A stretch of 64,000 nucleotides of DNA from Actinomycetota bacterium (GTDB lineage: Bacteria; Actinomycetota; Thermoleophilia; Gaiellales; Gaiellaceae): the NCBI GenBank assembly GCA_005883995.1, contig VAXB01000015.1, positions 69-64,068 on the forward strand, given 5' to 3'. A program made the position numbers and the translations under genes. The notes beneath the pieces are model-generated. The model made no database searches and was not told the origin of the DNA. It was given only the letters and a program-made list of their open reading frames with translations. Of the stretch, positions 46,630 through 55,939 are shown piece after piece. Numbering within the stretch: the first letter of the stretch is position 1; the number at the start of each line of letters is the position of its first letter.

Positions 46630-47211
46630 CTACGCCGCGGCTTCTGCGCGCTGCTCGAGCCGGCTTCGCAAATCCTCCAGCTCCCAGCAGTTGGCGACAA
46701 GCGCCTCTCGGTGGAACTGGATCAAGACGACGCCGCCGGGCGACACGAGCTTGCCGTCGCGGCACGCGTTGAGGAGCCGCCGGTACGGATCGAGGCCGTC
46801 ACCGGGAGCGTAGACCGCATCGTTCGGCTCGCGGTCGTAGGCGGCATCGTGCAACGAGTCCGGCAAGTACGGCAGGTTCGCCACGACGACGTCGACGCGG
46901 ACCGGCACGGGGTCGAGCAGGTCGCCTTCGAGCACGTGCAGGCGCTCGGCGACGGCGTGCAGCTTCGCGTTCGCGCGCGTCAGCTCGACCGCGTCGGGAT
47001 TCCGGTCGACGGCCCAGACCTCGATCTGCGGCTTGTGGACGGCGAGCGTGACCGCGATCGCTCCCGATCCCGTTCCGACGTCGGCGACGCGCTTGCGCCC
47101 CTCGCCGATCGCGTCGAGCGCCCGACGGACGAGCGGCTCGGTCGTCGCGCGCGGTGAGAAGACGCGTCCGGGCGCGATCATGAACGGCAGGCCGTAAAAG
47201 CTCGTTTGCAT
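46630..47211 (-). CDS. Class I SAM-dependent methyltransferase, HemK/PrmC-like
   Basis: VADVGTGSGAIAV SAM motif and VVANLPY (a variant of NPPY). Start ATG 47211. Confidence 0.7.
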   Translation of the reverse strand: MQTSFYGLPFMIAPGRVFSPRATTEPLVRRALDAIGEGRKRVADVGTGSGAIAVTLAVHKPQIEVWAVDRNPDAVELTRANAKLHAVAERLHVLEGDLLDPVPVRVDVVVANLPYLPDSLHDAAYDREPNDAVYAPGDGLDPYRRLLNACRDGKLVSPGGVVLIQFHREALVANCWELEDLRSRLEQRAEAAA

Positions 47212-47228
47212 GGCTCTAAGCTCCGGGC

Positions 47229-47888
47229 GTGCCCGACTGGCGTGAACTCGCGACGAGAGCAGCCTCACGTTACCGGGACGGCGAGGCTCGACTGCCGGAG
47301 GATCCCGACGCGCGCCAGCGACAGCTGACGCGGATGGGCAACACCGCCGGCGCGACGGGCCTCGCGCTCCTGATGCTCGGGGACAGCCCCGCCGCCGCGG
47401 AATGGTTCAGCCACGCCGCCGACCGTTACCGCGAGAGCTATCCCGACGCGCCGCCCGGCAGCTGGGGGCGGCCGATCGGCGCAGTCAAGGCGCGACTCCT
47501 CGCCGGGGACTGGGAGGGCGCCTCGCGCGACGCCGGCTGGGCGCTCGACGAGGGCGCAGCTGCCGCCGAGTCGCCGATCGGTCGGTACGCAGCGTGCCTC
47601 GCGCTTCTTGTCCTCGAGCGGTGGCAGGAGGCTCGCGTGCTCGCCGACGCCCTCCGTACGCACGACGGGTTTCCCCCGACGGTCGGCGATACGCTTGCGG
47701 CGATCGCCGCTGAAGACCCGCTCGGCTACGTCGAGGGGGTCGAGCGCGTACTCGAGTCGTTCGAGACGCGAAGCGACTACCTCGAGGACATGCCTGTCGC
47801 CGACACGGTGCTCGTCCTGCAGGCACTCGCCGGTCGCCGCGGCTTGACGACCGAGCTCGCGTCGCCGCTGCTGCCGGCCGCCGGCTAG
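47229..47888 (+). CDS. Hypothetical protein
   Basis: 219-aa ORF with high GC3 and a helical-repeat-like composition. No family recognised. Confidence 0.5.
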   Translation: MPDWRELATRAASRYRDGEARLPEDPDARQRQLTRMGNTAGATGLALLMLGDSPAAAEWFSHAADRYRESYPDAPPGSWGRPIGAVKARLLAGDWEGASRDAGWALDEGAAAAESPIGRYAACLALLVLERWQEARVLADALRTHDGFPPTVGDTLAAIAAEDPLGYVEGVERVLESFETRSDYLEDMPVADTVLVLQALAGRRGLTTELASPLLPAAG

Positions 47889-48985
47889 CTTGGGCGGTTC
47901 GCCAGCGTGACGCTGACGGTTCGCTCGCTGCCGTGGCGGCGCAGGTGAATCGTGATCTGGTCGCCGGGCGCGTGCGAGTCGATCGCGTTCCGCAGATCGT
48001 CGGCCGACGAGATCGTGCTCGACCCGATCTTCGTGATCACGTCGCCCGCGTGGAGCCCGGCACCGGCTGCGGGTGACGACGCGAGACCACTTCCCACGCG
48101 CGCGCCGCCGGCGGTATCGCAGACCCGGACGCCGAGGAACGCATGCTGCACCGTTCCACCCGCGAGCAGCTGCGACGCGACGCTCTTGACGGTGTTCGAC
48201 GGGATCGCGAAGCCGACGCCCTCGTTGCCGCCGGAATCGCTCTCGATCTGCGCGTTCACGCCGATCACGTCCCCGGCGCCGTTCAAGAGCGGTCCGCCGG
48301 AGTTGCCGTGGTTGATCGCAGCGTCGGTTTGGATCGCGTTTTCGATCGCGAAGCCGTTCGGCGAGTCGATCGTGCGGCCGAGGGCGCTGACGATTCCCGT
48401 CGTGACCGTGTTCTGGAGACCGAACGGGCTGCCGATCGCGACGGTAGCGTCGCCGACCACGACGCTCGCGGAGTCAGCGAGCGTCAACGGGTGGAGCGCG
48501 CTCGCCGGTGCGTTCACGTCGAGCACCGCGAGGTCGGACGAGGTGTCCTTGCCGACGACCTTCGCCGAGTACGTGTGCCCGTTCGCAAACCGGACGCTGG
48601 CCGTGTTCGCTCCGGCGACGACGTGCGCGTTCGTGATCACGTGGCCGTTCGTGTCGTAGACGAACCCCGAGCCCTGACCCGTGGCCTCCTGCGGGGCGCC
48701 GAATGGAGACGTCGACGTCGTGGTCGAGTGGATGGTGATCTCGACCACGCCCCGCGACGCGTTGCGATAGATCGCGTTGACGCTGAGTTGCCTGGTCTGG
48801 GAGCTCGCGAGTGAGGTCGCAGGAGCCTCGCGCACGACCGTCGTGGTCGTGGTGCGGCCGCCCGCGGCTGCAAACGAGCCGATCCCGACGGCCGCACCGG
48901 CGACAGCGGCGATCACGAGGAGGGGGAGCATCCGTCTCACGTCGTCCACGATCGCACTCGTTCCTGCGGCCGACGTGAGACGCAC
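47885..48985 (-). CDS. HtrA/DegP-like S1C serine protease with PDZ domain
   Basis: NAHVV (His), SDLAVL (Asp) and GNSGGPL (Ser) form the catalytic triad. N-terminal TM anchor and C-terminal PDZ-like segment. Start may be ATG 48931. Confidence 0.88.
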   Translation of the reverse strand: MRLTSAAGTSAIVDDVRRMLPLLVIAAVAGAAVGIGSFAAAGGRTTTTTVVREAPATSLASSQTRQLSVNAIYRNASRGVVEITIHSTTTSTSPFGAPQEATGQGSGFVYDTNGHVITNAHVVAGANTASVRFANGHTYSAKVVGKDTSSDLAVLDVNAPASALHPLTLADSASVVVGDATVAIGSPFGLQNTVTTGIVSALGRTIDSPNGFAIENAIQTDAAINHGNSGGPLLNGAGDVIGVNAQIESDSGGNEGVGFAIPSNTVKSVASQLLAGGTVQHAFLGVRVCDTAGGARVGSGLASSPAAGAGLHAGDVITKIGSSTISSADDLRNAIDSHAPGDQITIHLRRHGSERTVSVTLANRPS

Positions 48986-49052
48986 CTGAGAACTTCCTGA
49001 GAGTCGAACGCCTCGCCCGGCGGTCGAACGCCGCCGGCCCGGTCGGCAAGAG

Positions 49053-49562
49053 TCAGGCTTGCGAGGCCGGCGGGTGCGCGAACATCGTCAGGACAACCGC
49101 CTCGGCAGCGTCGTCCTCGGCGTCCTTCGCCTCCGCCAGGAACGTCGTAATCATGTCGAGCGCCCGCTCGGGCGTGAGCCGCAGCTCGACCTGCGCGCTC
49201 CGGAACGTCCCCTCCGCCGAATAGAGCGCGTGCGCGCGCTGCACGTGGTCGATCATCGTCGCTTGCAAATCCCGCGCGCCGCCGGAGGCGAGCAGCTCCG
49301 GTGCGACGCGGAACGTGCGTGCCACTGCTCGGTACGGCTTCTCGCGGCCGTGCGAGCCGTTCTCCGAGAGCTCGATCAGCCCCGCCTTGAGCAGCATGCG
49401 GACGTGGAAATGGAGGTGGCCGGGGTCGACACCGAGCCGGATCGCGAGCTCACGGTTGGTCAGCTGCGTCTGGTCCGACAGGGTCTCCAGGACGCGGACG
49501 CGGAGCGGGTGCCCCAGTGCCTTCAGCTGCTCCGGCTTGTCGAGTACGAGTGTGTCCTGCAC
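49053..49562 (-). CDS. ArsR-family winged-helix transcriptional regulator
   Basis: GTG 49562. LKALGHPLRVRVLETLSDQ..TNRELAIRLGVDPGHLHFHVRML is an ArsR-type HTH. Confidence 0.75.
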   Translation of the reverse strand: MQDTLVLDKPEQLKALGHPLRVRVLETLSDQTQLTNRELAIRLGVDPGHLHFHVRMLLKAGLIELSENGSHGREKPYRAVARTFRVAPELLASGGARDLQATMIDHVQRAHALYSAEGTFRSAQVELRLTPERALDMITTFLAEAKDAEDDAAEAVVLTMFAHPPASQA

Positions 49563-49602
49563 GACTGCCCCCGGCCACCTTCTACGTAGAGGCGAGGCCG
49601 TG

Positions 49603-50292
49603 TCAACCCTCGAAACGTGCCGCTGCGGCGCGATCGACCACCGCCGTCGTGCGGCCGGATTGGGCCCGGACGAGGCTCGCCGGCGTATCGTCGCTCGGTT
49701 CCTCGATGAACGCACGGCGCGCCGTGTCGGCCTTCGCGGCACCCGCGACGATGAACAGGATCTCCCGCGCACTGCGAAGCACCGGGATCGTCAGCGAGAC
49801 ACGGTCGACATACGGCTCCCAGCCCGGCTTCGCCGGGACGACGCGCCGCTCCTCGTGGAGTGTCGGCGCGTGTGGGAAGAGCGAGGCGACGTGTCCATCC
49901 GGGCCGATGCCGAGCAGGAGGAGGTCGAGCGCCGTATCGGCGAGCTCGCGCTCGTACGCGACGGCCGCCTCGTCCATCCCCAGCTCTCCCCGGATCCGGT
50001 GGACCGCGCGGGGTGCGTGCTCGAGCTTGTCGAGCAGCGACTTCTTCGCCGCGCCGTAGTTCGAGTTCTCGTCATCGGGCGGCACGCAGCGCTCGTCACC
50101 CCACCAGAGCTCGACCGAGCTCCAGTCCGGTGCCTCCTTCGCGGCGCGCTCGTACGCCTGCTGCGGCGTCTTGCCACCCGTAAGGACGACGCTCCCTCCC
50201 GCCGCTGCGGCCTGGGCGAGCCGGGTCGCGACGACCCGAGCGACCTCTTTCTCGTCGTCGACGACGACGAGCTCGACGTCCCGGCCGATCAC
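49603..50292 (-). CDS. pgl: 6-phosphogluconolactonase
   Basis: LTGGKTP, WWGDERCVP and LLLGIGPDGHVASLFP motifs. Confidence 0.88.
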   Translation of the reverse strand: MIGRDVELVVVDDEKEVARVVATRLAQAAAAGGSVVLTGGKTPQQAYERAAKEAPDWSSVELWWGDERCVPPDDENSNYGAAKKSLLDKLEHAPRAVHRIRGELGMDEAAVAYERELADTALDLLLLGIGPDGHVASLFPHAPTLHEERRVVPAKPGWEPYVDRVSLTIPVLRSAREILFIVAGAAKADTARRAFIEEPSDDTPASLVRAQSGRTTAVVDRAAAARFEG

Positions 50293-51110
50293 GGTTCACC
50301 CTCCGCAAGTTCTTTGGACCTCACCATTGCGGCCTGGATCGCGTTCAGAAACGCTGCGCGTACCCCTGCCTGCTCGAGCTCGCGGATCGCCTGGATCGTC
50401 GTGCCGCCCGGTGACGTGACGGCTTCGCGCAGCTCGACAGGATGCATCTTCTCGTCGCGCAAGAGACGGGCAGTTCCGAGCATCGTCTGCACGACCAGCT
50501 GGGTCGAGGTCTCGCGCCCGAGGCCGAGCAGGATCCCGGCCTCGATCATCGCCTCGGCGAGGAGCGCGAAGTACGCAGGCCCCGAGCCCGACACCGCGGT
50601 CACCGCGTCCATGTACCGCTCGGGGACGCGCGCGACGGCGCCGACGTGGGAGAGGACTTCCTCGGCAAGCGCGAGGTGCTCGTCGCCCGCGTGCGCGCCC
50701 GCGCACACGCCGGCCATGCCCTCATGCACGATCGCCGGCGCATTCGGCATCGAACGAACCACGGGCACGCCGGGTGCGAGACGCCCCTCGATCAACGCAG
50801 TCGGGATCGCCGCCGCGACCGACAGCACCGTCTGTTCGGGCGTGAGGATGCCGCCGATCTCACCGAGGAGCACGTCGAAGTCCTGCGGCTTCACGGCGAT
50901 CACGACGAGTCGTGCGCCGGAAACAGCTTCGGCGTTCGAAAGCGTGCCGCGGACGCCGTAGCGCTCCGCGAGCTCGTTGACGCGATCCTCGCGCCTCCCG
51001 GTGACGACGACGTGGCGCGGCTCCCGCCAGCCCGAGCTGAGGAGCCCCGCGAGCAGCGACTCGCCGATCTTCCCGCAACCGAGGATCGCGACCTTTCGTG
51101 CAGCCATCAC
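50289..51110 (-). CDS. proC: Pyrroline-5-carboxylate reductase
   Basis: ILGCGKIGESL Rossmann motif and C-terminal SPGGTT motif. Confidence 0.92.
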   Translation of the reverse strand: MMAARKVAILGCGKIGESLLAGLLSSGWREPRHVVVTGRREDRVNELAERYGVRGTLSNAEAVSGARLVVIAVKPQDFDVLLGEIGGILTPEQTVLSVAAAIPTALIEGRLAPGVPVVRSMPNAPAIVHEGMAGVCAGAHAGDEHLALAEEVLSHVGAVARVPERYMDAVTAVSGSGPAYFALLAEAMIEAGILLGLGRETSTQLVVQTMLGTARLLRDEKMHPVELREAVTSPGGTTIQAIRELEQAGVRAAFLNAIQAAMVRSKELAEGEP

Positions 51111-51134
51111 GCAAGTCTGCCAAGCATGACGCGG

Positions 51135-51635
51135 CTACTCGTGCAGCTCGGCCGCGTACGTGCGAAGGACCCCTTCGTCGCGGAACACGAAGCGTACGAG
51201 CTCGACCGTCGGCTGCGCCGCCAGCGCGGCTTGTGTCGCGCCGATCGCGACCGGCGCCGCGAGCTCCACCGGGTACCCGTATGCGCCGGTCGAGATCGCC
51301 GCGAATGCGACGCTCTTGCAGCCGAGCTCGGCCGCGAGCTCGATCGCGCGCCGATGACACGACGCGAGGAGCTCGGGCTCGCCGTGGCCGCCGCCGCGCC
51401 AGATTGGGCCGACGGCGTGCAGCACGTACCGCGCCGGGAGCCGCCCGGCGCCGGTCGCCTTCACATCGCCCGGCTCGCAGCCGCCGAGGCGCCGGCACTC
51501 CTCCAAGATCGCAGGGCCTCCCGCGCGGTGGATCGCGCCGTCGACGCCGCCCCCGCCGAGCAGCGTGGGGTTGGCTGCGTTCACGATCGCGTCGACCGCC
51601 TGCCCGGTGATGTCGCCGGCGACGAGGTCGATCAC
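51135..51635 (-). CDS. Macro-domain protein (O-acetyl-ADP-ribose deacetylase-like)
   Basis: VNAANPTLLGGGGVDGAIHRAGG and AISTGAYGYP motifs. The GTG start overlaps the upstream stop. Confidence 0.85.
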   Translation of the reverse strand: MIDLVAGDITGQAVDAIVNAANPTLLGGGGVDGAIHRAGGPAILEECRRLGGCEPGDVKATGAGRLPARYVLHAVGPIWRGGGHGEPELLASCHRRAIELAAELGCKSVAFAAISTGAYGYPVELAAPVAIGATQAALAAQPTVELVRFVFRDEGVLRTYAAELHE

Positions 51636-52642
51636 GCGGTCGTAGCAGTGGGGAGGAACGCGCGCGGGTTCCCCTGCCGCCGGCCGGGCAGCGCTACGAG
51701 CCCGCGGGCGTAGGCAAGGAGGAGGTACACGCTCGCGAGACCCGCCCACTCACCGTACGGCTCCAGCAGCTCAGCCGTCTCGTGGCCCTCGACCCAGCGG
51801 CCGCGGAGCTCCGACATCAGCTTCACGAGCGACAGGTCGCCGACGAGGCCGCGCTCCGGTCGGCCGAGGCCCTCGAGGCAGACAACAGCGACCGACCACG
51901 GACCGACGCCTCGCTCGCGTCCGAGGCGCGCGGCGACGACCTCGGTCGGAACGTCGTGCAGTCGCTCTAGCTCGAGCGAACGGCAGATCCGCACGAGCGC
52001 CGCCGACCGGCGGGCATGCAGACCGAGCTGGCGGAGGCGCGACGGCGCGACTGCGGCGAGTGCGCGCGTCGTCGGCGGCTCGTGCAGGTCGGTCCCGTCG
52101 ACGCGGCGACACGTGGCGCGCACGATCGTGTTCTCGAGCAGACGCGCCGTGCGCGCGTCGATCAGCTGGCCGCAAAACGCGCGCAGCAGCGTCTGCGCAA
52201 CCGTCGGCGAGCGCAGCACACGCATTCCCTGGAATGCGCGGGTCGCGCTGCCGATCAGCGGGTCGTGCGCGAAGCGTCGGAGGAACTCCGAGTGGTCATC
52301 GTCGATCGCAAGCACGAACCGGAGCCGCTCGAACCCCTCCTCGCTCTCGGCGCCGAGCGTCATGCGCCCGTCGACCGATTGCTGTGCGGTTCCAACCTCC
52401 ACGCGCTCGCCGACGCGCAGTGTGGTCGTCAGCAAGCCGTCGCGCGCGTGCCGCGTCGCGTCATTCAGATGTCGGATGCAGAGCGCGAGCGAGTAAGGCC
52501 CGGCGGGTCGAACGACGCGCTCGAGCTTCAGTTGCGGCGGCTTGCCCGCGCTCCCGCCGCGCCGAGGTCGTCCGCCCGCTGCGACACCGCTTCCGCTTCC
52601 GCCTCCGTGTCGTGCCCGCACTCGCGGAGGAACGTACCCCAC
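51632..52642 (-). CDS. HhH-GPD base-excision DNA glycosylase (AlkA-like)
   Basis: HhH region LRQLGLHARRSAALV plus GVGPWSV followed by a conserved D (GDL). Start is uncertain. Confidence 0.7.
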   Translation of the reverse strand: MGYVPPRVRARHGGGSGSGVAAGGRPRRGGSAGKPPQLKLERVVRPAGPYSLALCIRHLNDATRHARDGLLTTTLRVGERVEVGTAQQSVDGRMTLGAESEEGFERLRFVLAIDDDHSEFLRRFAHDPLIGSATRAFQGMRVLRSPTVAQTLLRAFCGQLIDARTARLLENTIVRATCRRVDGTDLHEPPTTRALAAVAPSRLRQLGLHARRSAALVRICRSLELERLHDVPTEVVAARLGRERGVGPWSVAVVCLEGLGRPERGLVGDLSLVKLMSELRGRWVEGHETAELLEPYGEWAGLASVYLLLAYARGLVALPGRRQGNPRAFLPTATTA

Positions 52643-52729
52643 TCGGCGGCTGATTCGGCGTCGCCTTCGCGTAGCTCGATCCCGACAGACGTCGAATCCG
52701 AGCGGCGCCGACAGCTATACGCTCGACCG

Positions 52730-54211
52730 ATGGCCACGGGGATCGCGCTCGCGGTCTACGGATCGCTCCTTGCCGCGGGCGCGATCGCCGTCTGGGTGCG
52801 GCCGGTCCGGGCGATTTACGCCTGGATCGTCGGTGTCGCGATCCACAATGCTGTCGGCGCGCTTCTCTACCACGCGGGCGTGCGCGGACATGCCCTGACG
52901 GCGATCCAGGCGTGGAAGGAGATCCTGCTCGCGGTCGCGCTCGCCCGCGTGGCCTCGACGGCGGTGCGAAGGCGGACGCTGCCGTTCCGGCCACGTCTCG
53001 TGGATGCGATCGCAGCCGCGTACGGCCTCGTTGTCTGCATCTACGCGTTGATCCCGCAGGACGCCCTCGGCGGGCATGCAGACAGTCACGCCGTCGGCCT
53101 CGCGTTGAAGCACAACCTGATCCCCGTCGCCGCGTACTTCCTGGGACGCTCGCTCGTCGTCACGCGGCGCGAGCTCGTCGGGATCGCGTGGACGCTCGTC
53201 GTCGCCGCGGCGGCCGTCGCTGTCGTGGGACTGATCGACGTCTACGCGGTCTCGATCTCCTGGTGGCGACGGTCAGCCGTTGTCCCGTACTTCCACAAGC
53301 AGCTCGGGTACGACTACCACGGCACCGGCGGCCTGCCGGAGAACTTCATCTACAACGTCGGCGGCGACAAGCCGTTCCTGCGCCGGCTCGTGTCGGTGTT
53401 CCTCTCGCCGCTTGCGACCGCATACATGCTCGTGGTCGCGCTGCTCGTCGCAGCTGCGTTCGCACGGCGGGTTCGGATCCTCGCGCCGCTGTGCGCAGTC
53501 GCTGCCGCCGGATTGCTGTTCACGTTCTCTCGTTCGTCGCTGATCGCGCTGGCTGCGGGGCTCGTCGTTCTCGGCGTCGTGCGCGCGCGTGTCTGGCCGT
53601 TTGTCGCGGCCGCTGCGACGGTCGCCGTCGCCGTGGCGTGGGTGCACGTCTTTCCCTCGATCGCGCCGACCGGCCGCTTCACGCCTGCCGACATCCGCCA
53701 ACAGCATCAGACCGCGCACGCGCACCCCGGCGCGCAGTTCAACCCGGAGAGCGAGAACGAGCCGTCGATCCGTAGCCACCTGACGAGCCTGCGCGACGGC
53801 GCGCGCACGGTCGTCCATCACCCGCAGGGCTACGGCCTCGGCAACGCCGGCCAGACGGCCTCGCGAACGGGGACGCCGATCAAGGCGGGTGAGTCGAATT
53901 ACACGGAAATGGGTGCCGAGATGGGGATCCTCGGGTCGCTGCTCTGGGCGGCATGGGCGGTCGCGCTCCTGCTCGCCCTCGCCGGCGCTGCACGACGGAC
54001 GAAGCACTGGCTGGCGGCCGGCGTGACCGCGGCGTTCGCCGCCGCTGTCGTGCTCGCGATCCAGACGGACGTGATCGGCGATCCGTGGATGGGCTACGTG
54101 CTCTGGGCGGTCGCAGGTGTCACGCTCACGTGCCGAGACGAGGCGCCCGGCGTCGAGGCCGTCGCGCGCGCGCCGATCCCGCGTGTCGACGCCGTGCGCG
54201 CGCGGTCGTAG
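52730..54211 (+). CDS. O-antigen ligase (Wzy_C)-family polytopic membrane protein
   Basis: More than 10 TM helices, FTFSRSS in the Wzy_C-like region, and a periplasmic loop with H..GYGLGN. ATG 52730. Confidence 0.7.
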   Translation: MATGIALAVYGSLLAAGAIAVWVRPVRAIYAWIVGVAIHNAVGALLYHAGVRGHALTAIQAWKEILLAVALARVASTAVRRRTLPFRPRLVDAIAAAYGLVVCIYALIPQDALGGHADSHAVGLALKHNLIPVAAYFLGRSLVVTRRELVGIAWTLVVAAAAVAVVGLIDVYAVSISWWRRSAVVPYFHKQLGYDYHGTGGLPENFIYNVGGDKPFLRRLVSVFLSPLATAYMLVVALLVAAAFARRVRILAPLCAVAAAGLLFTFSRSSLIALAAGLVVLGVVRARVWPFVAAAATVAVAVAWVHVFPSIAPTGRFTPADIRQQHQTAHAHPGAQFNPESENEPSIRSHLTSLRDGARTVVHHPQGYGLGNAGQTASRTGTPIKAGESNYTEMGAEMGILGSLLWAAWAVALLLALAGAARRTKHWLAAGVTAAFAAAVVLAIQTDVIGDPWMGYVLWAVAGVTLTCRDEAPGVEAVARAPIPRVDAVRARS

Positions 54212-54232
54212 AAGGACTAACGTAGGCGAGCG

Positions 54233-54733
54233 ATGAGCGAGGCGCCCGCCACGATCGATCCCGGTGTCGACATCGGCCACGTCCACCTGAAGGTGGCCGA
54301 CATCGAACGCTCGCTCGCCTTCTACCGCGACGTCCTCGGCTTCGAGGTCCAGCAGCAGTACGGCGATCAGGCGGCGTTCATCTCTGCGGGCGGGTACCAC
54401 CACCACATCGGCCTCAACACCTGGGAATCGAAGGGCGGATCGCCCCCGCCGCCGGGGACTACCGGGCTCTACCACGTCGCGATCCGCTATCCGACGCGTG
54501 CGGCGCTCGCCGACGCGCTACGGCGGCTCGTCGCGGCGCGGATTCCGCTGAGCGGCGCGAGCGATCACGGCGTGTCGGTTGCGCTCTACCTCCACGATCC
54601 CGACGGCAACGGCGTCGAGCTGTACTACGACCGGCCGAAAGAGGAATGGCCGAGGTCGCCCGACGGCGGCGGCATCGCGATGTACACGCATCCGGTCGAT
54701 CTGGAAGCGCTGCTCGCGGACGCTCCGATCTAG
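54233..54733 (+). CDS. VOC (glyoxalase/bleomycin resistance/extradiol dioxygenase) family protein
   Basis: IGHVHLKVADIERSLAFY, YHHHIGLN and LHDPDGNGVELY motifs. Confidence 0.8.
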   Translation: MSEAPATIDPGVDIGHVHLKVADIERSLAFYRDVLGFEVQQQYGDQAAFISAGGYHHHIGLNTWESKGGSPPPPGTTGLYHVAIRYPTRAALADALRRLVAARIPLSGASDHGVSVALYLHDPDGNGVELYYDRPKEEWPRSPDGGGIAMYTHPVDLEALLADAPI

Positions 54734-54757
54734 CACACCTGCGCCTACACTGGGGGC

Positions 54758-55435
54758 ATGAACGCCAGTGCGCGGAGGATCGCGGTCGTCGCGTCGCTCG
54801 CGCTCGCCTCGTTCGGCTGCTGCGCGCTCGTCGCGGTGCGCATCGTCTACACGGACGTCCCGAACTTCACGTACCTGATCTGGAATCTGTTCCTCGCGTG
54901 GATCCCCTTCGTGCTCGCGATCCTGCTCTACGACGGCCATCGGAGAGGCGCCCGACCGGCCGCGCTCGTGGTTCTCGGCGCGCTCTGGCTCGCGTTCTTC
55001 CCGAACGCCCCGTACATCGTCACCGACTTCGTGCACCTCGACCACGACCCGCTGTCGCCTTTCTGGTTCGACGGGCTGGTGATCGCCGCGTTCGCAGCGA
55101 CAGGAATGCTGCTCGGCCTCGGATCGCTCTATCTCGTGCAGAGCGTCGTGCGGAAGCAGGCGGGGACGGCCGTGGGCTGGATCGCCGCGGGAGTCGCGCT
55201 CGCGCTCGGAAGTGTCGGGATCTACGTCGGCCGCTTCGTCCGTCTCAACAGCTGGGACCTGTGGACGAGCCCACGCCACTTCCTGCATCTCGCGGGGGCC
55301 CGTCTGTCCGACCCGCTCGGCAACCCGCGGCTGCTCGCCGTCACGGTCGCGTTGACGCTGCTGATGAGCGCCGCGTACCTGGTCCTCTATACGTTCGCGA
55401 CCGCGGGTCTCCGGCTCGACCTCGAGCGCGCCTGA
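54758..55435 (+). CDS. DUF1361-like membrane protein
   Basis: WNLFLAWIP, FFPNAPYIVTDFVHL and RLNSWD motifs as I remember for DUF1361. Confidence 0.65.
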   Translation: MNASARRIAVVASLALASFGCCALVAVRIVYTDVPNFTYLIWNLFLAWIPFVLAILLYDGHRRGARPAALVVLGALWLAFFPNAPYIVTDFVHLDHDPLSPFWFDGLVIAAFAATGMLLGLGSLYLVQSVVRKQAGTAVGWIAAGVALALGSVGIYVGRFVRLNSWDLWTSPRHFLHLAGARLSDPLGNPRLLAVTVALTLLMSAAYLVLYTFATAGLRLDLERA

Positions 55436-55512
55436 GCGGCCTTCCCACCTAGGTCCTAGACCTTCGGCTTATAGACGAGCCTCGACGCCCGCGGTATGCC
55501 TTGCTGCAGGCA

Positions 55513-55728
55513 ATGCGAATCGACGTCACTGATCCGGCTCTGATCGAGGACTTGCGCGATTACCTCCGTCGCTGCAACTGCGAGGTCGAAGTGCGCGGCC
55601 GGACGGCGGTCGAGGCATGGCCGCCGCCGCGGAACGTCGAGCCTGTCTACCTCCGGATGGAGCTCGACGCCTACCTGCGGGTCTGGCGCGCGATGCATCC
55701 CGGCGCCGGCGCAGCGATCGCTGCCTGA
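55513..55728 (+). CDS. Small hypothetical protein (71 aa)
   Basis: ATG 55513 (TTG 55501 is also possible). Sequence starts MRIDVTDPALIEDLRDYLRRCNCEV. Coding-like GC3. Confidence 0.4.
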   Translation: MRIDVTDPALIEDLRDYLRRCNCEVEVRGRTAVEAWPPPRNVEPVYLRMELDAYLRVWRAMHPGAGAAIAA

Positions 55729-55939
55729 ACCACCTGGGTCGGGCCTGGCCGCGCGGGCCTGACCCTTGCGAGCCAACGGGAGGGGCCCAGGACCCTCGCC
55801 TCGCGTCGCGCTCGCGTCGTTTTCGCGCATCGCCGGCCGGCCCCACCGAGTGCCAATCCTTGGGTCTGGCGCCGCCGGCCTGGGCACATCGTGAGCGCCG
55901 ACGCCGTCCGGCCCGCGCGGGTATGGGTATACCTCTACC